Positions 1 to 13,858 of a stretch of 64,000 nt of DNA are shown in pieces; positions within the stretch are counted from its first letter, which is position 1, and each line of letters starts with the position of its first letter. The stretch comes from Cercozoa sp. M6MM. Taxonomy: Eukaryota > Protista > Endomyxa: Ascetosporea. Under the pieces are notes generated by a model. That model searched no databases and had not been told where the DNA came from. It was given only the letters and a program-made list of their open reading frames with translations. Both the position numbers and the translations under genes were made by a program. The stretch is taken from assembly GCA_040357565.1 (NCBI GenBank), contig JBDODJ010000005.1. One strand, written 5' to 3'.

Positions 1-3000
1 TTTCCGTTGCATCGACACAGTTGAACTTGCTGCTCGCGGATACGGACATGACCGTGTCTGCGGAAACACTTCCGCAAGATTTGCGCAACGGCGTTGTGCT
101 CGCCTACGTCGTGGGCAAACTGCTCGGCAAATCTCTGGTGCAGCATCTTCAGTTCCTTCCTCAATTTTTATTCTTTCGAGGGTACGGTGCTTGAGCAGAA
201 TGCGAGTATGAAACCGCGCAACAAGTTTCAGGAAATCGAAACCTTGCAAAGTGCGCTGCACGCCATTGAAAAGGCAACAAAGATGCCACTCATCAACATT
301 GATGCCACCACGATTCGCCAAGGCAGTGTCAAGCTCGTGCTCGGTCTTGTCTGGCAGATTGTGCTCAAGTTCCAAGTCGAGCAGGCTAGTCAAAGCACGA
401 CCAATTGCAGCGTCGAGGCAGGTAACCTGTTCAGTTATACGTTTTTATACGAGTAAGCAGAAGCCAAATCTTCCAGGTGCCTCGCCAGCCCCGATGGATG
501 AAGACAATCCCTTCGCCGAGTCGAGTGCGTTTCTCTCCTTCTGCTGTTGCCACAGTTCGCTCTGAGCTGAGTTGTCTTGTAGCCAACACGTCGCTCAATC
601 GCGACCGAGCTCCTCGTATCCTTTTCACAATCTTCTGACAGAGGAAGGTAATCTTTGTATGTGCGAGCACAGAAAAGAGCGCACTGGAGACGGGGATGGA
701 GGCACGTTTGCAGGCTATGGGCCACTGGGCTCGTCGACAGACGCAGCAGCACCATGTGCCAGTGCAACTGTCCGAGAACAACGACGTCATTGCCGATCTG
801 CAGCGAGGCCGACTGCTACCTGCGCTGGTGGCTTCCTTCGGCGATGAGGAGGCTCGCGAGTTACTCATGCCTTTCGTGGTATCCTTCATATAAGGCTTGT
901 CCCTTAAAGTAACATTTGACACTGTCCATTCCTGGCGCAGATAAACGACGATCTCAGCAGCATCGAGCGTATTTCGGCGGCGTTGCAGGTGGCCGAGCAA
1001 CGCTTCGGCATTCCACAGCTGCTAGACGCCGAACTCACCTCCACGACACCTGGTACATTTCACAATTGTCCTGCTGCCTCCATTGTGCCTTGTGTGTATC
1101 GGTAAATTCGGTACACTCAGACAAGATCTCTGCGTTGACTTACTTGAGTCTGCTCAAGATCTGCGCCGACAAGCGTGAGCAGCTCTTTTCTGTTTCGGTA
1201 TCAATCCAGTCCTCCCTCCCTGTCGAAACATTGTTATGTGAATCCTGCTTCTCTGCAGCAAGACGATGCATTGGGCAACGCACTGTTGCGTGCACAAGAG
1301 GAGGCACTCGCCAAGTACACCTGACCCTTGTTTTGTGTTACGCCCTATATATTTTATTCTACAGGTCACCTTCGCCGTCGACGCCGCCCGAAGTTCGCGA
1401 GGAGCGTCGCCAGCGCCAGCTCGAGCTCGAGCAGAAGAAGCAAGAGATGGAGGAGTTGGAGAAACGCCTCAAAGTATGTTGTTTTGCGCTGTAAACCCTC
1501 TACTGTCGAACTGACTGACTTTTGACTCCCCGCCTGTCTGCAGGAGAGAGAACGCACAATGGCCGAGCAGTGGCGACAGATCAACCATCTGCAGGACCAG
1601 TTGCTCGAACAGCAAAAGTCGGCTTTACCTGAGCCGGAGCCGGAGCCGGAACCTAAACCTCCTGTCGGTACTGACACATACTTGACCACTGTGTACTTTA
1701 CTCGTTGCTACTGACTGTGCCATGACAATACAGCTGGCATGCAAATGTCGGTGGGACCGCCGCCTCCTCCTCAGGTACCACTCAATATCATGACTTTAAC
1801 TGTACTGCAGACCGTGACTTAATTTAGGCCAATGACTGCTTTGATGTTCTGGGCGAGTCTTTGCAGAACAGTTTCTCGCCGCCGCAGTCGGTCAACGCGT
1901 CGGCACGCGACATTTCCGACATGCTTTTCGACGTACCTCGTCTCTCTTTTTCTTCTGCATGCTTTCATTTTGTGCTCTTGTGTTTCGCCCACAGAATGAT
2001 GACGATGATGATGTACACATTGTTTCAGTTGAGACACAGCGATATCATGCGTGCACGTTGTTCTGTGCATTGATCTAAATGCAGTGGTTCACTCCGCCTC
2101 AAACCGCAACGGCCGTGACCAACAGTTCGATCAATCTGACAGGTACTTCTTTATCTCCCCTTACGACCTTCCTCCAGGAAATACGTCAATACGCATTAGC
2201 ACTGACGATTCCGACCAAGGAGGAAGAGGAGCTGTCGCCAATTATGTCTTCTCCTGAGCCAGGTACCAACACTGCCACTACCCACCACTTGAAGGGAGAC
2301 TGCAGTACTAGAGGGGTATCGTGTAGCACCGATGGTGGCACCGGAGGAACTCTTCGCCACCAACAAGCCCTCTACGGTAGGTCCAAAGAGACATCCGCCA
2401 GGATAATACTGTGCTGTCACGTTTGGGACCGCTTACAGGGCAACATCCCGTGCGTGCGATTCAAAGTCGGCCAGAGCAAGTTGCAGAAACTGAGTCCGTA
2501 CGACATCACCGTGCAGTGGGTATAATTTACACTTGTGATGCCTCATATGTATGTAGTGAGTCTTAAATTTACATATTTAAATCCTGTAGACTGGCCCTTT
2601 CGGTGGTCCGAACCACGCGCGACCAGAGCCGGTGACAGTACCAACACGACACATCAACAGCGACCTGCGCGTCTCGATTTTCGTTGCTCGTCTCGGGCTC
2701 TACCAGGTAAGTTGACTTTGTTGGACTGACTCGACTCGACACTGCAGGGGTTGACTTGATCGCACAGGTGCGTGTCTTTATCGGACGCAAGGAGACGAAA
2801 GTGTCGCCCTTCTACTTCCTCATGCGCGAACACCCGCAAACCCACAAGGTGGGTCAATGCTTTTACCCCTCCGTACCACTACACAAGAGTGCATAATGGC
2901 GCAGGTGTCGATGCGTTGGGTCACCCCCGACAGCAAGCAGGCCAACATGTTCCGCGAGGTGCGCAAGGGTCGCTTGCGTGGTACTCACTTAGTAAGTAGT

Positions 3001-4146
3001 CATGTCTACACTGTCTAGTCTCTGTGTGTTGCTGGCAGTGTCACGCAACACCTCACAGAAGCAGATCGAAAAGTGGCGTCGCTTCCAAGCCGGTGCCATG
3101 GCGCACGCGCAGCGAGAGGTAGAGTTTGATGTTTGTGCTTTTCCTTCGAGCTTTGATGTTCTCAGGTCCACTTGGCGCGCATGCGAACTGACCGCGGACG
3201 CGAGGAGATGGAAGAGACCATGCGGCGCTTCAAGTACTTCCTCTATCAATATGTGGTGGTGGATATGCAAAAATATTGGTCTGAACGAAGGAGCATGGCA
3301 AAGGAGGGCACCATGGTTACAAGACTTGCTCGCAGGTACGCTTCACTCTCCGGATATCTAGTAGTACCGACTGGGTAAACCAGTATGTACTTAGTCCGTT
3401 TGAGTCCGACACACGGTGCGGTTTGAGTCTGGTACGCTCCGACAACTGTGTCCCGTGTCGATAGTGTGGTTCAATGTGTCTGCGCAGGAAGGCAGCACTA
3501 CGAAAAACTACGCTCTGTGCTGGGGCAGCTCCAAGAAGCAGGTACAACAGACTTCTAAAATGAAGCCGCATGAGATTGACTGGAATTGTTTGAACTGGTA
3601 GAGTTTGCCGCTGTCTGCACTGGAGTGCATCGGACTCGGCCGTTGTCACTCGCGCAGGTGCCGTAGAGTTCTCCCTCAGCTAGTATATATATATATATAT
3701 ATATATATTTACAATGATGCATGCTGTCTCTTTCCTAAAACAGTCGGCGCGTGCGGAAGCTTAGCGAGCCAGTGCAATCGTTGTGTCTCTCGGTATCTCA
3801 CATCCTCCACATACATGTGATTCGACCGAGTCAGAATCTCTTGACCACCTGGACTGGCAGCTACTGCTGGGCGGCGGCACACGCAAATCGATCGACATCG
3901 CTTTCCCGATCGTTTCCGAGCGGTACTGTTCCTCTCCAGAGTCTCTTTGAGAGTGGTAATTTTTTGCAGCAACGAGTGGGCGACGGGTCTCGCCGAAATC
4001 ACCGGCGTTCCAGTTCTGCAGGAAGACGACGATCTCCTCTCTGCCTCAAACACGGAGGTATTCTTGATCACATGATAACATGTGCCCTCCCTCATATGCC
4101 TACTATTCAGAACAAGGGGAAGGGCCGCAAGCCGAGGCGCAAGTGA
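1..4146 (+). CDS. 5'-truncated multi-exon cytoskeletal protein: calponin-homology domain(s), coiled coil, Pro-rich linker, filamin/ABP280 repeat, C-terminal PH-like domain
   Basis: CH motifs DLRNGVVLAYVVGKL and LINIDATTIRQGSVKLVLGLVWQIVLKFQV; filamin-like YDITVQW..TGP..LGLYQVRVFIGRKETKVSPF; PH-like EGTMVTRLARR..ALCWGSSKK..SLCLSLLL..SIDIAF..NEWATGL. GT-AG exons join in frame; the end position is approximate. Confidence 0.7.
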
Positions 4147-4411
4147 ACTCTCAGCAAGTAAAACACTCGCCTCGCTCAAAACTCGCTCGATCCTGCCGTG
4201 CTCAACCATCGCACTTTTATTTGTTGTTCGGAAAGAAGCCTACGCTAAATTTACAACGGTTCAGTTCGGTTCGGTCTGGTCGGATTCGGCTTGTTCCCTT
4301 CTGTCTTGCGAGAACGCAATTGGTAAGACGAGAGGTGTTGCTCGCTTCTTAAACTCAACTGAACGGAGCGTAACGACGCGCCGCAAGCCACCAACGCAAA
4401 GCAACAATGAA

Positions 4412-7400
4412 TCACTCTATTTTCTGGTGCTCCGTGTCGGTCTGAGGCGACTGCGAGTGTGGCGGGGGCTGTTCTCCCTCGGCATTACCGTTAGCTACAG
4501 GCAGCGAGAAAACCGAAGCGAGACAGGCGCAGAAGCAAGGCATCACACCAGCCAACAAGAGTAGGTGCGGCGGCCATTGCAGGAGCAGTCGTGTCTCCAG
4601 CAAACTTGGCCACACATGAATACCCAGTGTGTAGTGCTGCATTATGTGCTCATTCGCAGAAGTGCAAGTACAATGAGGAGAGGTACGTAAAGCAAGACAG
4701 CATTGAGCGGATTGAGAAGTGTCATCAAGAGTGTCTTGGCCAGTGCCGACACCGTGGAGGCAGAAGGCGTACCAGCCAGGATCACGAGTTGCATCCACAG
4801 CAGCACTGCCACCTGTCCAGTTTGCGAGCAGCGTTAACAGTCAAGGAAGTTGGCAGGAGCAAACAATTATGTACCGACAGGAACGGCAGTGCGAAGGCGG
4901 CGCCGATGCAAAGAAGGAAAAGCGGCACGACGAACAGTGGTCGCGTGAGATGGAAGCAGAAATCTCCCCTACTCTCATTGTTTCGGTGTAATTGTCTGTT
5001 TCAACGAACAAATATGCATGTACCTCCTTGCAATACGTATGCACGAGACAACAGCGAGCGGAGCGACAACACACAGTACAAGTATCCTCACGTAGCCTAC
5101 ATAATCTCATATGCAATATAAACAAGCACACTCTGTATAGACACAAAAAGGAGACACCTCGGAAGAGCCATGCCACCAACGACGGCGCAAAAGTCAGCAC
5201 AGTGAAACGCAGCGCCGATTCGAAAGTTTGGGGCGTCTTTTTCGCCAGTCTGCCCAGCACAGAACAAGTCAAAACAACCCCACCCTGTGTACAGCAAGGC
5301 TACCGCAGGTAGTTGAGAATTCCGAAGAGTCCAACAGGTGCAATGCAGAAAGCGACCACTGGCAGGTACTTGCTCTGCTCCAGGAAGCCGTAAGGCGACA
5401 CCTGTGCCAACACACACTCTCTCTCTCTCTCTCCGTGAGAGTCAACGCAAAGCAACACAAGGAAGAGGCACCATGACGTAGAAGAAGTGCGAGTGGTGCA
5501 GACGCTCGATGAGGTTGCTCACGGCGCGCGTCATACCGAGCAGCACGCGACCCAGGTCGTTCACGCTGCTTCGCGTGTTTTGCTGCGACTGGCGCTGCTT
5601 GCACAGACATATTGAGTATTGATTCCCAGCGAGGGGGGGGGGGTGAACTATACCTCAGACAGACGGATGCCTCGCAGCGTGAGTGCATCGACTCCGCGTT
5701 TCCGCAGCGCCGAGTGGAAACTGTCGCTCTGCGCGAAACGGTTCGTCAGCGTGTCACTCACGAAACGGAATGGTGTGCAGAAGCGCTGCCCATTCAACAC
5801 ACGCAGACACACATACAGACTGACCACCAAGGAAGGAAGGCACACCTCGAGCTCACGCGTGAGTCGCACAGCGTGCTGCACCATGCGGTACGCACTGATG
5901 CCGGTGGCCTCGTCAAACCACCTGCCTGCAAGGAGTGCTGACACTTACTTCTGATGGTGTGAACACACTAAACGCTGCGTACCAAAAGAGGTGGCGTAGA
6001 AGGAGTAAACAAGGTGAGGAATGTCGACATTGTAGGCAGCTTTGAGTGCGTGCTCCAACGACACATTGTCGGCGTGACACAGCACAGCGTCCTCGCGGTG
6101 CGACACGATAATGTTACCTCGCGACAAGGTCTGACACACAGGAAGTACAAAGATATATACCTGTGCACACATAGGCACACTGAGATATATCCTGCTTACA
6201 TCCAAGGCAGACACAAGATCAAGGTTGGGTAGCTGCGCACCCTCTGCCACCAGGTCCATGCTCAGCGTGTCAAACGCGCCTGTTTGCATCACGTAGACTT
6301 CAGGCATAAGTATAGCGAATTAAATACATACGGTACCAATGGGGGGTCTTTCCTGCCAGTAGGAATGAGTCAAATCAGCAATGTCGATCTCCTCTTCGTC
6401 ACCGTCACTATGCCTGCGGGTTTCGAGGTAGTGCTCCACCGAGTTTTGTGGCACCACTGGTGGCAACTCGAAAGCGACACCGGCCACCAGTGCTCCGGCA
6501 AACTCACTCGAGTCCTCGTACCCACCGAGCCACTTGTCGAACCTGCCGGGGATAGGTTAGGACAAAGAAGAAAGCAGCGAACAACAAGACAGCACTACCG
6601 CTGGTACGCCGAGAGTTCCTCATCGTGCAACGCGATCACAAAAACTACGTTCTTTGAGAGCCAGCGCACCTGCGAGAGTTGCGTCAGAATCGCGCCTCCC
6701 AACGCCGCCTGTGCCAAAATGTCCAAGTTGTCTTAGTTTCAAGTTGCGCGCTGCCGAATTAAAACACCGAAAGCAGAAAAGCAGAAAGGAAGGCACGAAG
6801 GCACCAAAAAACGGGGCGGAAGAAAGAAGCTACCGAAGTGATGCGAGGAAAGCGAGCTTCCGTCAGGTGACTCATCTCCATTGGCGGCTCTGGATTCCTA
6901 CACTATCGTTGTATCATTTAAAACACTCGTTCAGTGCAAGTTTGATACCTCAATTTTCGGTCAAGAGTCGGATGCGAGAAACGCCACTCATCCGCGCGGA
7001 CGCCGGTCACCAGAGCAAACGCTTCCTCGCCATCGATGTTGTCAGTCAGCAACGTGGCAACGCAGACGCCTGCACCTTTGTTGGAGGTGTTTGAAGCCTC
7101 TGCAGACTTTGGTTCATGGTATGAAACACTGAGTCCGTGCGATGCCAGCACCGTGCAGATTGAAGCAATCGTGCTTTCTCCTCCCCTGATCGACACTTCA
7201 GCACGGATCTGCCGGTCAATCTCCTCGGCCACTTCGACTGAATCGCTCAGGAACGGTGGAGGTGCTCCTGATGGCAACACTGCGTTCTCGTCGACATAGA
7301 CACGCCGCGTCTGGTCGCACAACAGCATGTACACGAACCAGAGCGTAGCCAACATTCCTGCCACTGACAACAGTTGCAACAGACATTGCTGTCGTCGCCA

Positions 7401-7412
7401 GCCACGCCTCAT
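4412..7412 (-). CDS. GAA1: GPI transamidase component GAA1/GPAA1 (multi-exon)
   Basis: N-terminal TM followed by RVYVDENAVLP, the conserved QLPNLDLV motif, and a hydrophobic C-terminal region. Confidence 0.85.
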
Positions 7413-7975
7413 GCCGCCTAAACAACACAAAATCACTCCAGTTTAGCGCTTGCAGCGCGTTCAAACTCTCTGTACAGTGTGGATCGAGCCTGCTGCCAAG
7501 GGCTACAGCCCGGAACGCCGTGCAGGGCAAAACATTCAAAAAATCCGCGTGCCAGTGAAACACGCCTTTGTCGTCGTGACGCAAACCATCAGGGTAACGC
7601 CCATGCCGCTGCCTGAAGCCTTGCGTGCGCTTTGACGCATTGCGGGCATTGTAGGCTCTTGATATCCCTTGTTTGGCCCCTGCGTTGCGCGACGTGATGA
7701 CGGCCGCTGCCACATGACATGCGCTTCTTGGCTTGGGCTTTTGCCTGTGCCGTGCGCTTGTATCTCGTGCCGCTCTGTAAAGAGTGTGTGCTGGATGCAG
7801 TCTGTGTTTTCTGTGTGTTGGTTGCCGAAATGACACAAAACTTGGCGCGGCCCGAGCGTCGGCACGTGGCGGCGCTAAATCGGCTCTGAGTGTGCCTTTT
7901 GTGGTGCGCTGCAAGAGCGTTGTGGTAATCTGCGACATGTCATATGTTGTGTTGTTTGTCTGCAACAGGATCAAA

Positions 7976-8374
7976 ATGGCCAAGCAGACCAACACCCGTG
8001 TTGCCAAGTCCGGCATCGCCAGCGGCGCCAACAAGGGTACCTCGCCTCTATGTGCAAAGTGTAAGTGCAAGGGATCGGAGGTATGCACGAATGGCATTTG
8101 CTCAGGTCACATCGTGACGCCGAAGCAGCCGCGTGAGCAGCAGTCGCGCAACAAGGGCCGCCTGTCGCAGCGCAACAAGATCGTGCGTCAGGTGATCCGC
8201 CAGACGTGCGGCTTCGCCCCGTACGAGAAGCGCGTGATGGAGATCCTCAAGAGCGACGTTGTCGGCTGCGAGAAGAAGGCCACCAAGCTCGCCAAGAAGC
8301 GTCTCGGCACCCTCAAGCGTGCCCAGCGCAAGGTCTCGGAGCTCCAGGCCATCCTGCAGAAGGGCGGCTACTAA
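7976..8374 (+). CDS. RPL36: 60S ribosomal protein L36 (eL36); intron 8037-8105
   Basis: GANKG|HIVT..KIVRQVIRQTCGFAPYEKRVMEILK..KLAKKRLGTLKRAQRKVSEL; strongly biased codon usage. Confidence 0.97.
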   Translation: MAKQTNTRVAKSGIASGANKGTSPLCAKCKCKGSEVCTNGICSGHIVTPKQPREQQSRNKGRLSQRNKIVRQVIRQTCGFAPYEKRVMEILKSDVVGCEKKATKLAKKRLGTLKRAQRKVSELQAILQKGGY

Positions 8375-8739
8375 GTTGTCTCTTTGACTGATAGTTTTGT
8401 TCTCTTTGCGTCCGCACAAAACCTATCGATTCCACCTCAGCTTAACTACCTGTCTGTCTGCGAGTTCAGTGCCTTATAGGCACTTGTATTCGGGTCGCGG
8501 CCTATGGTTGAGCGTAGTCGAGTTGCTGTGCCTTCGACTGGACTGATACAGACGGCTCTGACATCAGGATATTAGACTAAATTCACATCACATCAGCTCG
8601 CTGCGCAGTGTTTCATACTCTCGGAGTCGGTCAATCAGCTGCTGCTTGCGTCCAGACTTGGGAAGCCCTATGCAAGGCACACGAAATCCACACTGCGCCA
8701 AAACGCATTGCATGTCGTGAGTGGAGAGTACCTCTCTCA

Positions 8740-10070
8740 ATGCACATGTCACGCAGCTTCGTCACTTTCAGTTCCGACAGATCTTGCGTGTCCGACTAAA
8801 AGCACAGACATGGGGACACAACTCTAACTCAGATGTAAGCAAAAACACCTGTGATTGTGACTGCTGCTCCTGTGTCGTCTTTTGTTGCACAAAGTTAGCG
8901 CTGAGACTTTCGAACCAGTCCACAGTGTTGGCGTCGCTGTGTTCGGCAGAAGCAGTTGGCGCGTCGCTACCGTCGTCGTTTTCGCTGTTGAGGAACACAC
9001 GACCGACGGGATCCGCCAGTGTCGGCATCGGTGTACTTGGCGCCTCTGCTAATTTCTGCGGCGTCGTCGCTGCTGAAACTGATGTCGACGACTGCCCGCT
9101 CTTGTTCGCGATCACTTGCTGCAGCAGTTCGCGTGCGTAGCTCTCCTTAACGTACTTGAGTTCCTGCAGAATCGAACACAATCGTACAGATATGACATTA
9201 TAGATAGATAGATAAGATAGACGGATAGATAGATGATAAATCGATAGATCGACAGATGGATAGATAGATTGAAAAATAGGTGGATATAAAGATGGATAGA
9301 TAGTGGAAAGATGGATGGATATATAACAAGAAAGAAAAGGCACAGAAAGAGCGGAGACGATTGCTTCAGCAGCAGGAGCACCATGGGCAGTCGTTTCGGC
9401 AAAAACGTCGGGCGCTTGGTTGTGAGCCTGTTAGGCATTTAACCTGCATAGGCATACTCTCATATATACACAGGAAGTGTACCAGCAGCCAGGCCTCCAA
9501 GGCAGGGCCAAAGAAGACGACAGCACCTTCCCTACAGACATACAAACATACAAGAAGTACACAAACACAGTAGGTGCGAAAGTACTCTAGATGCGTCTCG
9601 CTCTGAGGTGTCGGTCGGATCACGCGCACCACGCAGTCTGCGGATACGCGTATACACACAACACGACACTCACACTCATAGCAGACACGGGTACTGCGTG
9701 TCAAGGCGGCAAGACGCGTCTGCTGCGGCGGCACAGCAACGCTCACTTGCTCCGGCATCGTTGTCAACTCACTATGTTTGTGTGCGTGTTTGTGTGTGTG
9801 TATAACCACCAAAGTAACTAAAGTTAGAGACAGAGTCAAAGTGTACCGCAGAGTTCGAGTCAGCAGATCGTGCAGTGCGAGCGGAATCACGGCAGGTCGC
9901 ATGCCACTCAGGTTGAGGTACACCTGTTCCTTGGTGCTACACACAGGCAAGGTACATAGCAGCGCACATTGATTTCCAAGGCAACAGACACAATCGGTCG
10001 CTGGAAGCATCTCATGCGACGTGACACTTCGAGTGCGTGTAGCGCTCCCTACTTGCACATAGATATCAGC

Positions 10071-10118
<48 letters not shown>

Positions 10119-10128
10119 NNNNNNNNNN

Positions 10129-10177
<49 letters not shown>

Positions 10178-10411
10178 GAAGTACCTCCAAATCGCCTCGC
10201 TGCATGAAGTGCAGCACGAGAGTGTTGGCCTGTGCCGCCTTTGTCGCCCTGGTTTCGGCCGGTGTCACTGCCTTCATCTCGTCCTGCGATACCATACCAT
10301 ACAGACATACTGACGTCGACAGACGTATGCAAGGTGCGTGGTACCAACTGCTGCTGCACACGGCGCTGCACCGACTGCTCGTGAATCTGCAGGACGTGCA
10401 GTGTGAGACAC

Positions 10412-10461
<50 letters not shown>

Positions 10462-11283
10462 CACACACAACACACACACACAACGGGACAGCAGGGTACC
10501 TGAGAGGACCCGGCCAGCACCGTCTGCATCGGCAGCAGCACGATGCGCGACACAAGCTGCTCCGTGACCTGACGCACCTGCCGCACGAACTCGCCCTCCG
10601 CGCGGTCGCTTTCGATACTTGGGCGAGCGCGCGGCATTCGTCCGCGCGGGCGCTCGTGCAAGGACACTGCTTCAACCAGCATGTCCGGCAGCGTGCGCTT
10701 GAGCACAATGTTGCGCGACACAATGCTGTTGGACACGACGCCGGGCAGGTCGCCCGTGATGTCGCTGTCGGGGTCATCGCTGGCTACACCGGCGATCCGC
10801 GCGGAGGCACGAACGCGCTGCAGCTTGCGCGCTACCTCGCGGCAGATGGCCCAGCGTTTGACCGGGTCGCCGAGACAGAAGCCGTGCATCTGGGCCTCGA
10901 TGGCAGCGAGTGAGTCCAGAGCCGTCATAACACCAACCGTGTGACGCGACACCTTGGGAATCTCCGCGTAGGCCTCGCCCAGTGCCTTGCTGTAAACACC
11001 AGCACATACACAACATATATACATACATGGACGCACAGACACATGCGCCTACAGTGGTGGCATACCGACGGGCATTGCTGCTGCCACTTTTCAGCGACAT
11101 CAGTTTTGTCCGTATCCGCGCGGTCAGTGCTCGGTCACAAGGGATGGCGCTCAGCAGTTCCTGCGTCAGAGGATCGTCCCACAGGTCCTGCTGCACTTGA
11201 TGCAACTGCTCCCGCGACAGCGGCAACGCGTGCAGTGTCAGTGTGCCTTTGCGCGGGAGCAGGGCTTGCAGTTCACTCTACTT

Positions 11284-11318
<35 letters not shown>

Positions 11319-12100
11319 TACGTACACACACATTATACATAACAGCGCTATAGACACAAGGGTACATCTTGATGCGAGTAGAGTGCCTCTGGAGGCGGCA
11401 TTTGCGACATGGCCTCAGCCCGTGCGAGCTAACAGACCAGATGACAATACAGACATATGGACGAAACCCAAAGTACCAGTGCAAGTGAAACGTCCAACAC
11501 TTGCGCGCTCACGCGGTCGAACTTGAGTTCTGTTACACCAGGAGTGTTTGTGCATTGGCACACTTAGGCACAGGCAGAAAACTCGGTACCTCGAAGTACA
11601 TGCTGGATCAGTGTCACAGGCGGCGTCACCACATTTTGCAACAGCGCGTACTGTTGTATACAATACATAAACACAAATAAGTATATTGCAGACAAAGAAA
11701 CCACTTCAAAACAGTGGTACCATCTCGAGAAGCTGTGCCACAACAGTCAATCGCTGCGTGCGGTTTTCGGTAAGGAAAATGTCCTCGCCACACGTGGAAG
11801 CATCAGTTGCGTCAGTTGCATTCTTGTAGAAACGGTTGAGTGCATACTCGGCACTCTCCATGTGCAAGTACATTTGTTGCAGTGCATCCAGCTGTTCTGC
11901 CTATGGACACAAGGATGCAGGCACGATATCGACACTCAGGCAGGTTTGGCAGGTTTGGCAGGTTGCTGGCATGCAAAAATAGTAATGTACAGTGAGAGTG
12001 TACAACGGCGGCAGCTCGTAAAGAGACGGCGTTTCTGTCATTTCTTTCACCTGCAGAAAAAGGAGGCTCAAGCATAGGTCAATAGAATCTTTGACAAGGC
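8740..12100 (-). CDS. hypothetical multi-exon protein
   Basis: Long GC-rich coding-like exons (e.g. ~10500-11000) separated by GT-AG introns containing TG repeats; no family recognised; ends approximate. Confidence 0.5.
9198..9322 (+). repeat. degenerate (GATA/GATG)n intronic microsatellite
   Basis: Seen directly. Confidence 0.85.
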
Positions 12101-12864
12101 AACATACTGTCATTGGGAAGAGCGAGCAGTTCGACTGCACTATCGACACGAGCTAGCCAAACACATGAAACGTAAATCAGTTAAAAGCTCAGTTCAATTG
12201 CTGACAACACAAATACATTTTTGTGCTGCGATTCGACAGTTTGTTCTTCCAACTCTTCGTCTGATACGCCTGTACAAACAAGTGCACACACCTAAAACTG
12301 CAGCGTTTCCACCCTCACAGACACAGAGTTGCCATACCAAGAATATGCACGTGTTCAGAACTCTTCCAATCTGTGCATAGTCGAGCCATTCGTGCTGCTT
12401 TCACTGTCTTGCCCTTGTACTGTGCGTGTTGTGATATAGACATCCGCACAGCCAAGCAAACAACTAACAAAAAAAAAAAAACGCACGCCACGGAAGCGAA
12501 AAACTGAGCCGATTTCGTGAATCTTTGCGACCGCGCGCTGGACGTTATCGCTGGCTGTTCAAACAGTTTTCACTCCATGCGTTGATTAAATCATTTTGAA
12601 AGAACTACCCGAAGCAGGAAGGTCGGAAAACTCGCTCCGTTCGACATGAATCAGCGCGCGAGCTGCATCTTTCTGTCGCGCCCGTTCACAGGCATTCCGA
12701 AGCAACAGAACAGAAACTTTGCATCAATTAGATACCAAATAAGCGCTTGGGAGGTTGTGAAGCAGCTGTGCCACTTGCTCCGACTCGGAAGACACACAAC
12801 TGATCACACAGACAAATACAAAGAACCTACACCCGAGTCACCCAACTAAATACCGCAAACACAG

Positions 12865-13858
12865 ATGCCGCAGGCGCGAGATGCGTCGCGAGACACGGTA
12901 CTGCATCATAATAGATATCAGCACGTGCGCACACGTGAAAGATCATACTATGCTAGGTTCTCAGCATTTTTAATGTTTTGCCTTGAAATAGTATGCCTAA
13001 GCAAACGCAGTGTAAGTCAGTGTAAGTGGAAGTGACAGTGTGCACATGAACAGTTCAGACATTCAAGTGCACGCGATCCGCGTAAAGCCTCATGGTGTGC
13101 CTGTGTTTGCAAATCAATGTTGTTGCAGTGCTTTCGTATCGGTGCTCTTGTGAAAACAGATGGGCCGTTGACGGCACCTCTTCGGCTGGAAATCGACTAT
13201 TCATCGAGCGCGGCACTCGCCCGTCCGTTGTGGTCGTTGCAGGTACCGCTTTGTGGGTACCGTGCAGTCTGTGTTTGCTCTAACTCTCCGACTGCAGTTC
13301 GTGGCCGATGTTGCGGCGACAAGACATGTCGTGTCACTGCTGGAACAGGAAGCTGCCGAGCCGATCGACGCGCACCAACGGGTATAGTTTTTTTAGTGCA
13401 TGTGCCTGTGTGTTTTAGTGCACAAGCGAAACGCAGGTAACGTTCGTGTTCGAGACGGCGCAGCTTCTGCCGGAGGCCGAAGTGGCCGGCAGAGAGGACA
13501 CTCTGCTCAACATGGCCATGCTGTCCGCCATGCTGCACGACACTGTACGCTTTGAGTTCCATCAATCCAGGTGGTCTGTTATGACGTGTGTCTTTATAGG
13601 AACCAAAGGAACTGCCGCTACTCACGATTAATTTCATCGTTGCTGTCACCAAGGGTACCACCGACTCTCGAAGTGTGTCCTCCTCACCTCTACACTATGC
13701 ATTTCTACAGGTGAAAACGGCGAACTGTAAGCACACAACTCTTGTGGATTCTGTATTTAATTGACTGACTGGTCGAGAAACGGAGTGTGTGTGTGTGTCT
13801 GCGCAGTCAACGGGAGATTTACAATCCACTCGAGGAAAACACTGTCAGTGCCGCCTAG
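12865..13858 (+). CDS. small conserved hypothetical protein, possibly ASF1-like beta-sandwich fold
   Basis: Spliced reading PLRLEIDY..LWSLQ|FVADV..HVVSL..LLNMAMLSAML..LLTINFIVAVTK..REIYNPLEE*; the 5' end is uncertain. Confidence 0.45.

Noticed and set aside
1996-2060. ATGATGA as a possible snoRNA box C
   Set aside because: Better explained as an NDDDDD microexon between AG and GT; no convincing box D or terminal stem.
9366-11042. 558-aa ORF and many other CVCVCV/HTHTHT ORFs
   Set aside because: Artefacts of reading through intronic (TG)n/(CA)n microsatellites and N gaps, not Cys- or His-rich proteins.
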